A stretch of 32,000 nt of DNA from Alkalilimnicola ehrlichii MLHE-1 (lineage in GTDB: Bacteria; Pseudomonadota; Gammaproteobacteria; Nitrococcales; Halorhodospiraceae), in NCBI RefSeq assembly GCF_000014785.1, contig NC_008340.1:1050001-1082000 (forward strand), given 5' to 3'. This document shows positions 1-10,143 of this stretch, piece by piece. The first letter of the stretch is position 1. Each line of letters starts with the position of its first letter. The position numbers and the translations under genes are program-made. The notes beneath the pieces are model-generated. The model saw only the letters and a list, made by a program, of their open reading frames with translations. It was not told where the DNA came from and did not search any database.

Positions 1-1164
1 CGGATCCTCACCTTTAACAACATCTCGGTCAAAGGGCTGGAGCGCTTCCCGCGGGATCACTTCGAGACCTCCTCCGACATCGCCCACCCGGACGCCATCA
101 TGCTGCGCTCCCACAAGCTACAGGAGAGCGAGGTGGCGGATACCGTGTTGGCGGTGGGCCGTGCCGGCGCCGGGGTCAACAACATCCCGGTGGAGGCCAT
201 GAGCCGGCGGGGCGTCCCGGTGTTCAACGCCCCGGGCGCCAACGCCAACGCAGTGAAGGAGTTGACCATCGCCGGGCTGTTCCTGGCCGCCCGCAACATC
301 TGCCAGGCCTGGGACTTTGCCCGCGCCCTGGAGGGGAGCGACCAGCAGATCAACGCCGAGGTGGAGGCGGGCAAAAAGCGCTTCACCGGCTTTGAGCTGC
401 CGGGGCGCACCCTGGGCGTGATCGGCCTGGGTGCCATCGGGGTGGAGGTGGCCAACGCGGCTATGGCCCTGGGCATGAAGGTTGTCGGCTACGACCCGCA
501 GATCACCGTGCACCGGGCCTGGCAGCTCTCCAGTCAGGTGGAACAGGCCCATAGCGTCGATGAACTGATGAGCCGGGCCGATGTGGTGACCATTCACGCC
601 CCGCTGAATGAGGCCACCCGTGGGCTGATCAATGGTAGCCGCCTGGCCGCGGCCCACCCGGGGCTGACGGTGCTCAACTTCGCGCGTTCCGAGGTGGTGG
701 ACGAGCAGGCCATCCTGGAGGCGTTGGACCGCGACCATCTGCGTGCCTATATCTGTGACTTCCCCAGCAATGCCCTGAAGGGGCGGGGCAACGTCATCGC
801 CTTGCCCCACCTGGGTGCCTCCACGGTGGAGTCGCAGGAGAACTGCGCCGTCATGGTGGCGGATCAGCTCCGCGAGTACCTGGAGACGGGCAATATCCGC
901 AACGCGGTCAACTTCCCCGAGGTGGTGATGCCGCGGGGGGGCAAGGGCAACCGGCTCTGCGTGGTGAATGCCAACGTGCCCAACATGCTGGGGCGGATCT
1001 CCACCGCGCTGGCGGAGGCGGGGTTGAACATTGACGATATGTACAACAAGTCTCACGAGGAGCTGGCCTACACCGTGGTGGACGTGGAGGGCGCCATCCC
1101 CGAGTCGGTAGTGCAGGCCATTGCCGAGGTGGAGGGCGTGTTGCGGGTTCGGGTCATCGAGTGA
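1..1164 (+). CDS. serA: D-3-phosphoglycerate dehydrogenase-type 2-hydroxyacid dehydrogenase with C-terminal ACT-like domain (5' end outside window)
   Basis: Frame 1 is open from base 1 (RILTFNNISVKGLERFPRDHF...) into the listed 100..1164 ORF, so the gene starts upstream of the window. It has an NAD-binding GVIGLGAIG motif, a D-isomer 2-hydroxyacid dehydrogenase core, and a C-terminal ACT-like segment (RLCVVNANVPNMLGRISTALAEAGLNIDDM). Stop is TGA at 1162-1164. Confidence 0.8.
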   Translation, partial: RILTFNNISVKGLERFPRDHFETSSDIAHPDAIMLRSHKLQESEVADTVLAVGRAGAGVNNIPVEAMSRRGVPVFNAPGANANAVKELTIAGLFLAARNICQAWDFARALEGSDQQINAEVEAGKKRFTGFELPGRTLGVIGLGAIGVEVANAAMALGMKVVGYDPQITVHRAWQLSSQVEQAHSVDELMSRADVVTIHAPLNEATRGLINGSRLAAAHPGLTVLNFARSEVVDEQAILEALDRDHLRAYICDFPSNALKGRGNVIALPHLGASTVESQENCAVMVADQLREYLETGNIRNAVNFPEVVMPRGGKGNRLCVVNANVPNMLGRISTALAEAGLNIDDMYNKSHEELAYTVVDVEGAIPESVVQAIAEVEGVLRVRVIE

Positions 1165-1177
1165 GGCGTTGGCGAGC

Positions 1178-2281
1178 ATGAGTGACGAACAGACCTCCCC
1201 CGACGATCAGGCCGCGCTGCAGGCCGTGCGTGCGCGCATCGACGCCCTGGACGACGAGATCCTGCGGCTAATCAGCGAGCGCGCCCGGATGGCCGAAGAG
1301 GTGGCCCGGGTCAAGCGTGAGGCCGGGCACAGCAACGATTTCTACCGCCCCGAGCGCGAGGCGCAGGTGCTGCGCCGGGTCCGCCAGTCCAACCCCGGCC
1401 CGCTGGGCGAGGAGGCGGTGACCCGGCTGTTCCGCGAGATCATGTCCGCCTGCCTGGCCATCCAGCTGCCCTTGCAGGTGGCCTTCCTGGGGCCCGAAGG
1501 CACCTATACCCAGGAGGCGGCACTCAAGCACTTCGGCCACGCCATGGGCACGGCACCGCTGAGCACTATCGCCGCGGTCTTTCGTGAGGTGGAGTCCGGT
1601 GCCGCCCACTACGGGGTGGTGCCGGTGGAGAACTCCACCGAGGGGGTGGTCACCCACACGGTGGACCGCTTTCTCAACTCGCCGCTGCAGATCGTCGGCG
1701 AGGTGCAGTTACCCATCCACCACGCCCTGGCCAGCCGCGAGCAGGACTGGAACGCCATCCGGCGTATCTACTCCCACCAGCAGGGACTGGCCCAGTGCCG
1801 GGCCTGGGTCGATACCCATCTGCCGGGCGTGGAACGGGTGCCGGTCACCAGCACCGCCGAGGCGGCGCGGCTGGCGGCGGCCGAACGGGGTGCGGCGGCC
1901 ATCGCCAGTGAGGCGGCCTGCGAGCTCTACGACTTGCCGGTGCTTGCCACCCACATCGAGGACGAGCCGGGCAACACCACCCGCTTTCTGGTGGTGGGGC
2001 CGGAGTCTCCACCACCCAGCGGTGACGACAAGACCTCCTTGGTGATCAGCCGGGCCAACCAGCCGGGTGGCCTTTACCGGCTGCTGGAACCATTAGCCAG
2101 GAATGGAGTGAACATGACCCGGATCGAATCCCGGCCCGCGCCGCAGGGCGTCTGGGAGTATGTGTTCTTCGTGGACCTGTTGGGTCACGTGGAGGACGAA
2201 CCCGTCCGCCAGGCGTTGGCCGAGATCCGCGAACAGGCCAGCCTGTGCCGCGTCCTGGGCTCGTACCCGCGAGCGCTGTAA
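1178..2281 (+). CDS. pheA: bifunctional chorismate mutase / prephenate dehydratase (P-protein)
   Basis: The N-terminal chorismate mutase helix (LQAVRARIDALDDEILRLISERARMAEEVARVK) is followed by a prephenate dehydratase domain (VAFLGPEGTYTQEAA...) and a C-terminal ACT domain (TSLVISRANQPGGLYRLLEPLARNGVNMTRIESRP). I place the start at ATG 1178 (MSDEQ...), just after the serA stop, not at the upstream 1121 ORF start that overlaps serA. Confidence 0.9.
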   Translation: MSDEQTSPDDQAALQAVRARIDALDDEILRLISERARMAEEVARVKREAGHSNDFYRPEREAQVLRRVRQSNPGPLGEEAVTRLFREIMSACLAIQLPLQVAFLGPEGTYTQEAALKHFGHAMGTAPLSTIAAVFREVESGAAHYGVVPVENSTEGVVTHTVDRFLNSPLQIVGEVQLPIHHALASREQDWNAIRRIYSHQQGLAQCRAWVDTHLPGVERVPVTSTAEAARLAAAERGAAAIASEAACELYDLPVLATHIEDEPGNTTRFLVVGPESPPPSGDDKTSLVISRANQPGGLYRLLEPLARNGVNMTRIESRPAPQGVWEYVFFVDLLGHVEDEPVRQALAEIREQASLCRVLGSYPRAL

Positions 2282-2308
2282 CGCCGTCCGGATTGTGAGG
2301 ACAATGCC

Positions 2309-3448
2309 ATGAGCATGAGCGAAGTCGACTGGGCCCGACGGGCGGTCCCCGGTGTCCAGGCCCTGGCCCCCTATGAGCCGGGCAAGCCCATCGCGGAACT
2401 GCGCCGCGAATACGGCGTGACCGACATCATCAAGCTGGCCTCCAACGAGAGCCCGCTGGGGCCCTCGCCGCAGGCCCTGACCGCCGCCCGCGAGGCCGCC
2501 GCCGAGGTGCACCGCTATCCGGACGGCAACGCCTTCGAGCTGAAGGCACGGCTGGCTGCGCGGCATGGCGTCGGGGCGGAGCGCATCACCCTGGGTAATG
2601 GCTCCAACGACGTCCTCGCGCTGATCGCCCAGGCCTTCCTGGGCCCGGAGCGCGAGGCGGTGTTCTCCCGCCACGCCTTCGCCGTCTACCCCATTGTCAC
2701 CCAGGCGGCCGGGGCGGTGGCCCGGGTGGCGCCCGCGCACGGCGCCGACAGCGACCAACCCTACGGGCACGATCTGGCCGCCATGCAGCGGCTGATCAGC
2801 GGGCGCACCCGGGTGGTCTTCATCGCCAACCCCAACAACCCAACCGGTACCTGGGTCGGGGAGGATGCGCTGCGCGCCTTCATCGAGCAGGTCCCGGGCG
2901 ACGTGCTGGTGGTGGTGGACGAGGCCTATTTCGAGTACGCCCGGGATCTCGCCGGCCTGCCCGACGCCAGCCGCTGGCTGGATGAGTTCCCCAACCTGGT
3001 GGTCACCCGGACCTTCTCCAAGTGCTACGGGCTGGCCGGGTTGCGGGTGGGCTACGCGCTCAGCAGCCCGCCGGTGGCGGAGCTGCTCAACCGCGTCCGC
3101 CAGCCCTTCAACTGCAATGCCGTGGCCCAGGCGGCGGCCGGGGCAGCGCTGGACGACGAGGCCCATCTGGCCCGCGCCATCGCCCTCAATACCGAGCAAC
3201 TGCGGCTCATGGAGGCGGAGCTGCGCCAGTTGGGGCTCACCGTCCTGCCCTCCGCCGGCAACTTCCTCTGTTTCGATGTCGGCGGCGGCGCTGCCTCGGT
3301 CAACGAGGGGTTGCTGCGGGCCGGGGTCATCGTGCGCCCGGTGGGCGGTTACGAACTGCCCGGTTTCCTGCGGGTATCGGTCGGCCTGCCCGAGGAGAAC
3401 CGGCGCTTCCTCGACACCCTGGAGCGGCTGATCAGCGCCCCGGCATGA
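2309..3448 (+). CDS. hisC: histidinol-phosphate / aromatic aminotransferase (class II PLP enzyme)
   Basis: 379-aa ORF with typical HisC motifs (IKLASNESPLGPSP, YPDGNAFELK, NPNNPTG, RTFSKCYGLAGLRVGY with the PLP lysine). GAGGA sits 8 nt upstream of the ATG. The position between pheA and tyrA matches the conserved aromatic cluster. Confidence 0.9.
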   Translation: MSMSEVDWARRAVPGVQALAPYEPGKPIAELRREYGVTDIIKLASNESPLGPSPQALTAAREAAAEVHRYPDGNAFELKARLAARHGVGAERITLGNGSNDVLALIAQAFLGPEREAVFSRHAFAVYPIVTQAAGAVARVAPAHGADSDQPYGHDLAAMQRLISGRTRVVFIANPNNPTGTWVGEDALRAFIEQVPGDVLVVVDEAYFEYARDLAGLPDASRWLDEFPNLVVTRTFSKCYGLAGLRVGYALSSPPVAELLNRVRQPFNCNAVAQAAAGAALDDEAHLARAIALNTEQLRLMEAELRQLGLTVLPSAGNFLCFDVGGGAASVNEGLLRAGVIVRPVGGYELPGFLRVSVGLPEENRRFLDTLERLISAPA

Positions 3449-4335
3449 GTAAGCGGCCGTTAATCCACCGGCTCTGTATCATCGGCGTCGGCCTGATCGG
3501 CGGTTCGCTGGCCCGCGCTCTGCGCCAGGCCGGCGCCGTGGACCAGGTGATCGGTTGCGGCCGCAGCGTCGACAGCCTCCAGCGTGCCGAGGAGTTGGGG
3601 GTGGTGGACCACTACACCACCGACCCGGCGCGGGCGGTGGCCGCCGCCGATATGGTGGTGGTCTGCGTGCCGCTGGGCGCCATGCGCGGTGTCTTCGAGC
3701 AGATCCGGGACCACCTCGCCCCGGAGGCGGTGGTAACCGACGGCGGTAGCGCTAAAGGCTCAGTCATCGAGGACGCGCGGGCCGCCTTCGGCGAGCTGCC
3801 CGCCGGTTTCGTGCCCGGTCACCCCATTGCCGGTACGGAGAAAAGTGGGGTGGAGGCCTCCTTCGCCCGGCTCTACAACCAGCGCCGGGTCATCCTCACC
3901 CCGGTGCCGGAGAGCGCCGACTGGGCGGTGGCGCGGACCCGCCGCATGTGGGAGGCGGTGGGCGCCCGGGTGACCTGTATGTCGGCCGCCCACCACGACG
4001 ACGTGCTGGCCGCTACCTCGCACCTACCGCACGCCCTGGCCTTTGGCCTAGTGGATACCCTCTCCCGCTGGGAGGGCGAGCATGAGATCTTTGAATACGC
4101 GGCCGGCGGATTCCGCGACTTCACCCGCATCGCCTCCTCCGACCCGGTGATGTGGCGGGACATCTGCCTTGCCAACCGCGAGGCATTGGCGCGGGCGTTG
4201 CGTTACTACACCGCTGACCTGGCGCATCTCACGGCGCTGGTCGAGCAGGGGGACGGGGCGGCCCTGGAGGCCATCTTCCGTCATGCCAAGGAGCGCCGCG
4301 AGCAATTCCTGGCGTTACTGGAAGACAAACACTAG
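3445..4335 (+). CDS. tyrA: prephenate (or arogenate) dehydrogenase
   Basis: Start ATG 3445 overlaps the hisC stop as ATGA. An N-terminal Rossmann motif (LCIIGVGLIGGSLARAL) and the prephenate dehydrogenase core (GHPIAGTEKSG, HDDVLAATSHLPH) are present. The listed 3022 start is an out-of-frame overlap with hisC and is rejected. Confidence 0.87.
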   Translation: MSKRPLIHRLCIIGVGLIGGSLARALRQAGAVDQVIGCGRSVDSLQRAEELGVVDHYTTDPARAVAAADMVVVCVPLGAMRGVFEQIRDHLAPEAVVTDGGSAKGSVIEDARAAFGELPAGFVPGHPIAGTEKSGVEASFARLYNQRRVILTPVPESADWAVARTRRMWEAVGARVTCMSAAHHDDVLAATSHLPHALAFGLVDTLSRWEGEHEIFEYAAGGFRDFTRIASSDPVMWRDICLANREALARALRYYTADLAHLTALVEQGDGAALEAIFRHAKERREQFLALLEDKH

Positions 4336-4350
4336 GCACTGGAGAAAGCT

Positions 4351-5691
4351 GTGGAATTTCATGTGCGACCCGGCGGGGCGCTGCGGGGGCGGCTCCGCGT
4401 CCCGGGCGATAAATCCATCTCTCATCGCGCCATCATGCTCGGCGCCCTGGCCGAGGGCGAGACCCGCATCAGCGGCTTTCTGGAGGGTGCCGATGCCCTG
4501 GCCACGCTGCGCACCTTCCGTGCCATGGGGGTGGACATCGACGGGCCCCACCAGGGCCGGGTGACGGTGCAGGGGGTCGGTCTGCACGGGCTGCGGGCGC
4601 CGGACGGGCCGCTGGACCTGGGCAACTCCGGCACCTCCATGCGCCTGCTCTGCGGGCTGCTGGCCGGGCAGTCCTTCGATACCACCCTCACCGGCGATGC
4701 CTCCCTGTCCCGCCGGCCCATGCGCCGGGTGATCGACCCGCTCACCGCCATGGGGGCGGTGATCGAGAGCGGCCAGGGCGGCACGGCGCCGCTGACGGTG
4801 CGTGGCGGGCAACCCCTGCACGGCATCGACTACGAGCTGCCGGTGGCCAGCGCTCAGGTCAAATCCGCGCTGCTGCTGGCCGGCCTGTACGCCCGGGGGC
4901 GTACCTGTGTCACCGAGCCGGCGCCCACCCGCGATCACACCGAGCGCATGCTGGCCGGGTTCGGCTACCCGGTGCGGCAGGAGGGCCGCCGGGTCTGCAT
5001 CGAGGGCGGAGGGCGGCTGCGCGGCGGCGAGATCGATGTGCCGGCGGACATCTCCTCGGCGGCCTTTTTTCTGGTCGGTGCGAGCATCGCCGAGGGCTCC
5101 GATATCACCCTGGAGCACGTGGGCATGAACCCGACCCGCACCGGGGTGGTCGACATCCTCCGCCTGATGGGGGCCGATATCCAGGTGCAGAACGAGCGGG
5201 AAGTGGGGGGCGAGCCGGTGGCCGACCTGCGGGTGCGCAGTGCCCCCCTGAAGGGGGTTGCCATCCCCGAGGCGCTGGTACCGCTCGCCATCGATGAATT
5301 CCCGGTGCTCTTTGTCGCCGCCGCCTGCGCCGAGGGTGAGACGCTGCTGACCGGGGCCGAGGAGCTGCGGGTCAAGGAGAGCGACCGGATCGCGGTGATG
5401 GCCGAGGGCTTGACCACCCTGGGGGTTACCGCCGAGCCGCAACCCGACGGTATGCGCATCGTCGGTCAGCCGGATTGGGGCGGGGGGCGGGTGCACAGCC
5501 ACGGGGATCACCGTATCGCCATGGCCTTCACCATGGCCGCCACCCGGGCCCGTGAGCCGATCGAGATCGAGGACTGCGCCAATGTGAACACCTCGTTCCC
5601 CGGGTTCGTCGAGCTGGCCGGTGACGCAGGGGTGGCACTGACCCGGGGCGACGCAGAGGGACGTGCCCAGCAAAGGAGCGATTCACCATGA
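4351..5691 (+). CDS. aroA: 3-phosphoshikimate 1-carboxyvinyltransferase (EPSP synthase)
   Basis: The N-terminus carries the canonical LRGRLRVPGDKSISHRAIMLGALAEGET motif, followed by LGNSGTSMRLL. GTG start at 4351 is preceded by GGAGAA. The 3' end overlaps the cmk ATG (ATGA). Confidence 0.95.
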   Translation: MEFHVRPGGALRGRLRVPGDKSISHRAIMLGALAEGETRISGFLEGADALATLRTFRAMGVDIDGPHQGRVTVQGVGLHGLRAPDGPLDLGNSGTSMRLLCGLLAGQSFDTTLTGDASLSRRPMRRVIDPLTAMGAVIESGQGGTAPLTVRGGQPLHGIDYELPVASAQVKSALLLAGLYARGRTCVTEPAPTRDHTERMLAGFGYPVRQEGRRVCIEGGGRLRGGEIDVPADISSAAFFLVGASIAEGSDITLEHVGMNPTRTGVVDILRLMGADIQVQNEREVGGEPVADLRVRSAPLKGVAIPEALVPLAIDEFPVLFVAAACAEGETLLTGAEELRVKESDRIAVMAEGLTTLGVTAEPQPDGMRIVGQPDWGGGRVHSHGDHRIAMAFTMAATRAREPIEIEDCANVNTSFPGFVELAGDAGVALTRGDAEGRAQQRSDSP

Positions 5692-6392
5692 CCGGACAGG
5701 CTGACAGCAACATCCCGGTGTTGACGCTGGATGGGCCCTCAGGGTCCGGCAAGGGGACCATCGCCCGGGCGGTGGCGGAGCAACTGGGCTGGCACCTGCT
5801 GGACAGCGGCGCCCTCTACCGCCTGGCCGCCCTCCACGCCTGCCGGCAGGATGTGCCGCTGGACGATGAGGGCGCGCTGGCGGCGCTGGCGCGGGATCTG
5901 CCCGCGGAGTTTCGTCAGGACGAACGGGGCGAACCCCACATCCTGCTTGCCGGCGAGGACGTGACCTGGCAGATCCGCACCGAACAGGTGGGTGATGCCG
6001 CCTCCCGGGTGGCGGCCATCCCCGCTGTACGTGAGGCGTTGCTGGAGCGCCAGCGGGCCTTCCGGCAACCCCCGGGGCTGGTGGCGGACGGCCGCGATAT
6101 GGGCACGGTGGTCTTCCCTGACGCCCCGGTGAAGATCTTCCTGACCGCCAGCGCGGAGGAGCGCGCCCGCCGGCGCTACAAGCAGTTGAAGGAGCAGGGG
6201 GTGAGTGTTACGCTTGCGAGTCTTTCGGAGGAGATCGCCGAGCGGGACCGGCGCGATGCCCAGCGCAGCGCGGCCCCCCTGCGACCCTCCAGGGGTGCCC
6301 TGGAACTGGACACCACGGGGGTGCCCGTGGACGAGGTGACAGGGCAGGTGCTGGCGCGGGTAAAGGCGTACCTGGCCGGCGAAAAAGGGTAG
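5688..6392 (+). CDS. cmk: cytidylate kinase
   Basis: P-loop LDGPSGSGKGT, then LLDSGALYR and RDMGTVVFPDA motifs. AAGGAG lies upstream. The cmk-rpsA-ihfB order is conserved. Confidence 0.95.
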   Translation: MTGQADSNIPVLTLDGPSGSGKGTIARAVAEQLGWHLLDSGALYRLAALHACRQDVPLDDEGALAALARDLPAEFRQDERGEPHILLAGEDVTWQIRTEQVGDAASRVAAIPAVREALLERQRAFRQPPGLVADGRDMGTVVFPDAPVKIFLTASAEERARRRYKQLKEQGVSVTLASLSEEIAERDRRDAQRSAAPLRPSRGALELDTTGVPVDEVTGQVLARVKAYLAGEKG

Positions 6393-6513
6393 TATCCAGC
6401 AGCACAGACAAGGGGGAAGGCGTGGTCAGCCCCGGTAATGGACCGGGCAGCCAGGCCTTTCATGGTTTTCAGACAACCGAACGGTCCGTACGCGGTCCGG
6501 GACACATCGAGCA

Positions 6514-8199
6514 ATGACCGAAAGCTTTGCAGAACTGTTTGAGGAAAGCCTTGCCAACACCGATATGCGCCCCGGCGCAATCGTCATGGGCAAGGTGGTG
6601 GCCATCGACGGTGATCACGTGGTGGTCAACGCCGGGTTGAAGTCCGAGGCGGTGATCCCTGCCTCCCAATTCTACGACGAGGAGGGCAACCTCGAAGTAG
6701 CGGAGGGGGACGAGGTCGAGGTCTCCCTGGACGCCGTCGAGGACGGCTCCGGCGAGACGCGTCTCTCCCGCGAGAAGGCCAAGCGGGCCTACGCCTGGCG
6801 GTTCCTCGAAGACGCCTACGAGAAGAGCGAGGCCGTCAAGGGCCAGATCAGCGGCAAGGTCAAGGGCGGTTTCACCGTCGACCTGGGCCATATCCGCGCC
6901 TTCCTGCCCGGCTCCCTGGTGGACATCCGGCCGGTGCGCGACACCACCTATCTGGAAGGGCGCGACCTGGAATTCAAGGTCATCAAGCTCGATCCGCGCC
7001 GTAACAACGTCGTGGTCTCCCGCCGCGCCGTGGTGGAGGAGGAGTACTCCGCCGAGCGCGAGCAGCTCCTCGAGAAGCTGCAGGAAGGTCAGGTGCTCAA
7101 AGGCATCGTCAAGAACCTTACCGACTACGGGGCCTTCGTGGACCTGGGCGGCATGGACGGCCTGCTGCACATCACCGACATGGCCTGGCGCCGGGTCAAG
7201 AACCCCTCCGAGGTGGTCGAGGTCGGTCAGGAGATCGAGGTCAAGGTGCTCAAGTTCGACCGCGAGCGCAACCGTGTCTCCCTGGGCCTGAAGCAGCTGG
7301 GTGCCGATCCGTGGGAGAACATCGGCGGCCGCTACCCCGAGGGTGCGCGCGTGCCGGGCCGTGTGACCAACATCACCGAGTACGGCGCGTTCGTCGAGAT
7401 CGAAGAGGGCGTCGAGGGCCTGGTCCACGTCTCCGAGATGGACTGGACCAACAAGAACGTCAACCCGGCGAAGATGGTCTCCATCGGCGACGAGGTCGAG
7501 GTCATGATCCTCGACATCGACGAGGAGCGCCGCCGTATCTCCCTGGGCATGAAGCAGTGCCTGCCCAACCCGTGGGACGAGTTCGCCGCCACCCACCAGA
7601 AGGGCGACCGGGTCACCGGCCAGATCAAGTCCATCACCGACTTTGGCATCTTTGTCGGGCTGGATGGCGGTATCGACGGCCTGGTGCACCTGTCCGACCT
7701 CTCCTGGGGCGAGGCCGGCGAGGAGGCGGTGCGCAACTACCGCAAGGGTGAGGAAGTCGAGGCCGTGGTGCTGTCGGTGGACCCCGAGCGCGAGCGCATC
7801 TCCCTGGGCATCAAGCAGCTCGAGCAGGACCCCTTCGGTTCCTGGCTGGCGGACCATCCCAAGGGCTCCCTGGTCAAGGGCACCGTGAAGGACGTCGAGG
7901 CCAAGGGCGCCACCGTGACGCTGGAAGGCGGCATGGAGGGCTACGTGCGCGCCTCCGATATCTCCCGCGACCGGGTCGAGGATGCCCGGACGGTCCTCAA
8001 GGAGGGCGAGGAGATCGAGGCCAAGTTTGTGGGCGTCGACCGCCGCAACCGCATGGCCAACCTGTCCATCAAAGCGAAGGACCAGGTGGAGGAGCAGCGG
8101 CTGGTGCAGGATCACGCCCGGCCCACCGGCACTGCCGGGACCACTGCCCTCGGCGATCTGCTCAAGGAGCAGCTCGGCGAGCAGAACGACGACCGCTGA
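6514..8199 (+). CDS. rpsA: 30S ribosomal protein S1
   Basis: 561 aa with six S1 (OB-fold) repeats. N-terminus is [13 protein letters not shown]. The repeated G.V....DYGAFV.L..G.DGL.H.S pattern is present. No clear Shine-Dalgarno sequence precedes the ATG, as is typical for rpsA. Confidence 0.97.
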   Translation: MTESFAELFEESLANTDMRPGAIVMGKVVAIDGDHVVVNAGLKSEAVIPASQFYDEEGNLEVAEGDEVEVSLDAVEDGSGETRLSREKAKRAYAWRFLEDAYEKSEAVKGQISGKVKGGFTVDLGHIRAFLPGSLVDIRPVRDTTYLEGRDLEFKVIKLDPRRNNVVVSRRAVVEEEYSAEREQLLEKLQEGQVLKGIVKNLTDYGAFVDLGGMDGLLHITDMAWRRVKNPSEVVEVGQEIEVKVLKFDRERNRVSLGLKQLGADPWENIGGRYPEGARVPGRVTNITEYGAFVEIEEGVEGLVHVSEMDWTNKNVNPAKMVSIGDEVEVMILDIDEERRRISLGMKQCLPNPWDEFAATHQKGDRVTGQIKSITDFGIFVGLDGGIDGLVHLSDLSWGEAGEEAVRNYRKGEEVEAVVLSVDPERERISLGIKQLEQDPFGSWLADHPKGSLVKGTVKDVEAKGATVTLEGGMEGYVRASDISRDRVEDARTVLKEGEEIEAKFVGVDRRNRMANLSIKAKDQVEEQRLVQDHARPTGTAGTTALGDLLKEQLGEQNDDR

Positions 8200-8263
8200 G
8201 GCGGTCGCCGGGACGCAAGTCGTGTGCGGGCGGCTCCGGCTGCCCGCTCGCTGTACGTCGGTC

Positions 8264-8298
8264 GGTGGGGCCTTGTTGCAAGGCCCCACCGTTTTTGG
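8264..8298 (+). terminator. rho-independent terminator downstream of rpsA
   Basis: Perfect 12-bp GC-rich stem GGTGGGGCCTTG / CAAGGCCCCACC (8264-8275 and 8279-8290), a 3-nt loop, then GTTTTTGGTT. Confidence 0.7.
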
Positions 8299-8328
8299 TT
8301 CAGAACCCCGTAGTCAGGCAGACAGTCA

Positions 8329-8631
8329 ATGACCAAATCCGAACTGATCGAAGTCATTGCCGGCAAACAACAACACCTGGCGCACAAGGATGTTGAGCTG
8401 GCGGTCAAGACCTTGCTCGAGCAGATGAGCGAAACGCTGGCCAGCGGCGAGCGCATCGAGATCCGCGGCTTCGGCAGTTTCTCGTTGCACCATCGTCCGC
8501 CGCGCATCGGACGCAACCCGAAAACCGGCGAGCCGGTGGCACTGCCCGGTAAATACGTGCCACACTTCAAGCCAGGTAAGGAGTTGCGCGACCGGGTCAA
8601 CGCCGGTCGGCACAACCCCATTCAGTCCTGA
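8329..8631 (+). CDS. ihfB: integration host factor subunit beta
   Basis: MTKSELIE....[49 protein letters not shown] is the canonical IHF-beta / HU-family sequence. It sits directly after rpsA. Confidence 0.95.
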   Translation: MTKSELIEVIAGKQQHLAHKDVELAVKTLLEQMSETLASGERIEIRGFGSFSLHHRPPRIGRNPKTGEPVALPGKYVPHFKPGKELRDRVNAGRHNPIQS

Positions 8632-8667
8632 CAGGCACCGAATATCGCCAGGGTAGGGTAAGACAAC

Positions 8668-8961
8668 ATGCGTAAGGCAATAATAATAGTTTTCGTCCTC
8701 ATCGTAGCCGCCCTGGGGCTCAGCTTTGCCACCTTGAACGCCGATGACGTGGTGGTGGATTTCTTCTTCGGCCAGGCAGACCTGCCCCTTTCCTTCGTGC
8801 TCGTGGTCACACTCATCGTGGGGGCTATCCTGGGCGTTCTTGCCAGCCAGGTCGTGGTCTTCCGCAAGCGGCGGGAGATCCGAAAGCTCAAGCGCCAAGT
8901 CAATGATGCCCAAAAGGAGCTCAACGAACTCCGCCGTCTTCCGCTGAAGGAAGGACGCTAA
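8668..8961 (+). CDS. lapA: lipopolysaccharide assembly protein LapA (YciS, DUF1049)
   Basis: 97-aa protein with two predicted transmembrane helices followed by a charged coiled tail (RKRREIRKLKRQVNDAQKELNELRR). It lies immediately upstream of lapB, as in the conserved ihfB-lapA-lapB-pyrF arrangement. Confidence 0.75.
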   Translation: MRKAIIIVFVLIVAALGLSFATLNADDVVVDFFFGQADLPLSFVLVVTLIVGAILGVLASQVVVFRKRREIRKLKRQVNDAQKELNELRRLPLKEGR

Positions 8962-8970
8962 GCCGACACC

Positions 8971-10140
8971 ATGCCCGAGTTGCTTTGGCTTTTGCTGCCC
9001 GTGGCGGCGATGTCCGGGTGGTTGGCCGGGAGACGGAGCGGGGCCGGGCATCGGGGCGGCGAGCAACGGGACCTGCCCGAGGCCTATTTCCAGGGCCTCA
9101 ACTACCTCCTGAACGAGGAGCGCGACAAGGCGCTCGAAGTGTTCACCCAAATGGTGGAGGTGGACAGCGAGACAGTCGAGACCCACCTGGCGCTGGGCAG
9201 CCTGTTCCGGCGCCGGGGTGAGGTCGACCGCGCCATCCGTATTCACCAGAACCTCATCGCCCGCCCGGCCCTGAGCCGCCAGCAGCGCACCTACGCCCTG
9301 CTGGAGCTGGGCGAGGACTACATGCGTGCGGGCCTGCTCGACCGGGCCGAGACGCTCTTCGAGGAGGTGATCGACCTCAACCACCACGTCGAACCGGCCC
9401 TGCGTCAACTGCTGGCCATCTATCAGCAGGAGAAGGAGTGGGACCAGGCCATCGGCGCCGCCCTGCGCCTGGAAAAGGTCTCCGCCCAGAACCTCCACCC
9501 CCAGGTGGCGCACTTCTACTGCGAGATGGCGGGCGAAGCCTGGGCGGCCGGCGATCTCAGCCGTGCCCGCACCCTCTACAAGCGCGCCCTCACCCACGAC
9601 CCGCGGTGTGTCCGGGCGAGTATCCAGGCCGGGCATCTGGCGCGGCAGATGGGGCATGCCCGGCAGGCGGTACGTTTGTACCGGCAGGTGCCTACCCAGG
9701 CACCGGAGTTCGTCGGCGAGGTGCTCGATGGCCTGTACCAGGCGCTGGAGAGCCTGGGTCAGCTCCACCGCTACCCGGAGTTTCTCGATCAATTGCTCGC
9801 CACCGGCAAGGCCCCGGTGGCGGTGGCGCTGGCGAAAGTGGAGTGGCTGCGCGCGGAGGCTGGGCACGAGGCGGCGATGCGCTGGCTGGCCGAGCACCTT
9901 GAAGCCCAGCCCTCGGTGCGCGGCCTACTCCGGCTGGTGGAGATGAGCGACGGCGCCCCCCCTGTGGCGGAGGGTCCGGTGGAGGCGGCACTGCACCGGA
10001 CTCTCCGCGCGCTGCTGGAGGCGCGGGCGCAGTACCTTTGCGGGCAATGCGGCTTCACCGCCCGCACGCTGTTCTGGCAATGCCCCGGCTGCAAGAGCTG
10101 GGGCAGTATCCGCCCCCTGCGTGGCGTGGAGGGAGAGTAA
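8971..10140 (+). CDS. lapB: lipopolysaccharide assembly protein LapB (YciM); TPR repeats plus rubredoxin-type zinc finger
   Basis: An N-terminal membrane anchor and repeated TPR-like helices are followed by a C-terminal CGQCGF....WQCPGCKSWGS metal-binding motif. The gene sits between lapA and pyrF. Confidence 0.85.
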   Translation: MPELLWLLLPVAAMSGWLAGRRSGAGHRGGEQRDLPEAYFQGLNYLLNEERDKALEVFTQMVEVDSETVETHLALGSLFRRRGEVDRAIRIHQNLIARPALSRQQRTYALLELGEDYMRAGLLDRAETLFEEVIDLNHHVEPALRQLLAIYQQEKEWDQAIGAALRLEKVSAQNLHPQVAHFYCEMAGEAWAAGDLSRARTLYKRALTHDPRCVRASIQAGHLARQMGHARQAVRLYRQVPTQAPEFVGEVLDGLYQALESLGQLHRYPEFLDQLLATGKAPVAVALAKVEWLRAEAGHEAAMRWLAEHLEAQPSVRGLLRLVEMSDGAPPVAEGPVEAALHRTLRALLEARAQYLCGQCGFTARTLFWQCPGCKSWGSIRPLRGVEGE

Positions 10141-10143
10141 CCC

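Noticed and set aside
3022-3444. N-terminal 141-aa extension of the tyrA ORF.
   Set aside because: It overlaps hisC out of frame and is Arg/Gly/Pro-rich. The conserved Rossmann motif begins right after ATG 3445, which overlaps the hisC stop.
6393-6513. The 120-nt cmk-rpsA spacer, considered as a possible novel regulatory RNA.
   Set aside because: A structured leader lacking a Shine-Dalgarno sequence is the known situation for autoregulated rpsA. Nothing unusual was visible beyond that.
6469-8289. 606-aa ORF antisense to rpsA. The same applies to the other very long antisense or overlapping ORFs: 118..1179(-), 2093..3199(-), 4315..5673(-), 8326..9897(-), 9925..11004(-), 10929..11783(-), 12217..13797(+), 15106..16914(+), 16928..17941(-), 17739..20537(+) and 22228..23088(-).
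   Set aside because: Each lies opposite or out of frame to a gene with strong, full-length family similarity. Their translations are Arg/Gly/Pro/Ala/His-rich low complexity with no recognisable motifs. Long stop-free antisense frames are expected at about 67% GC.
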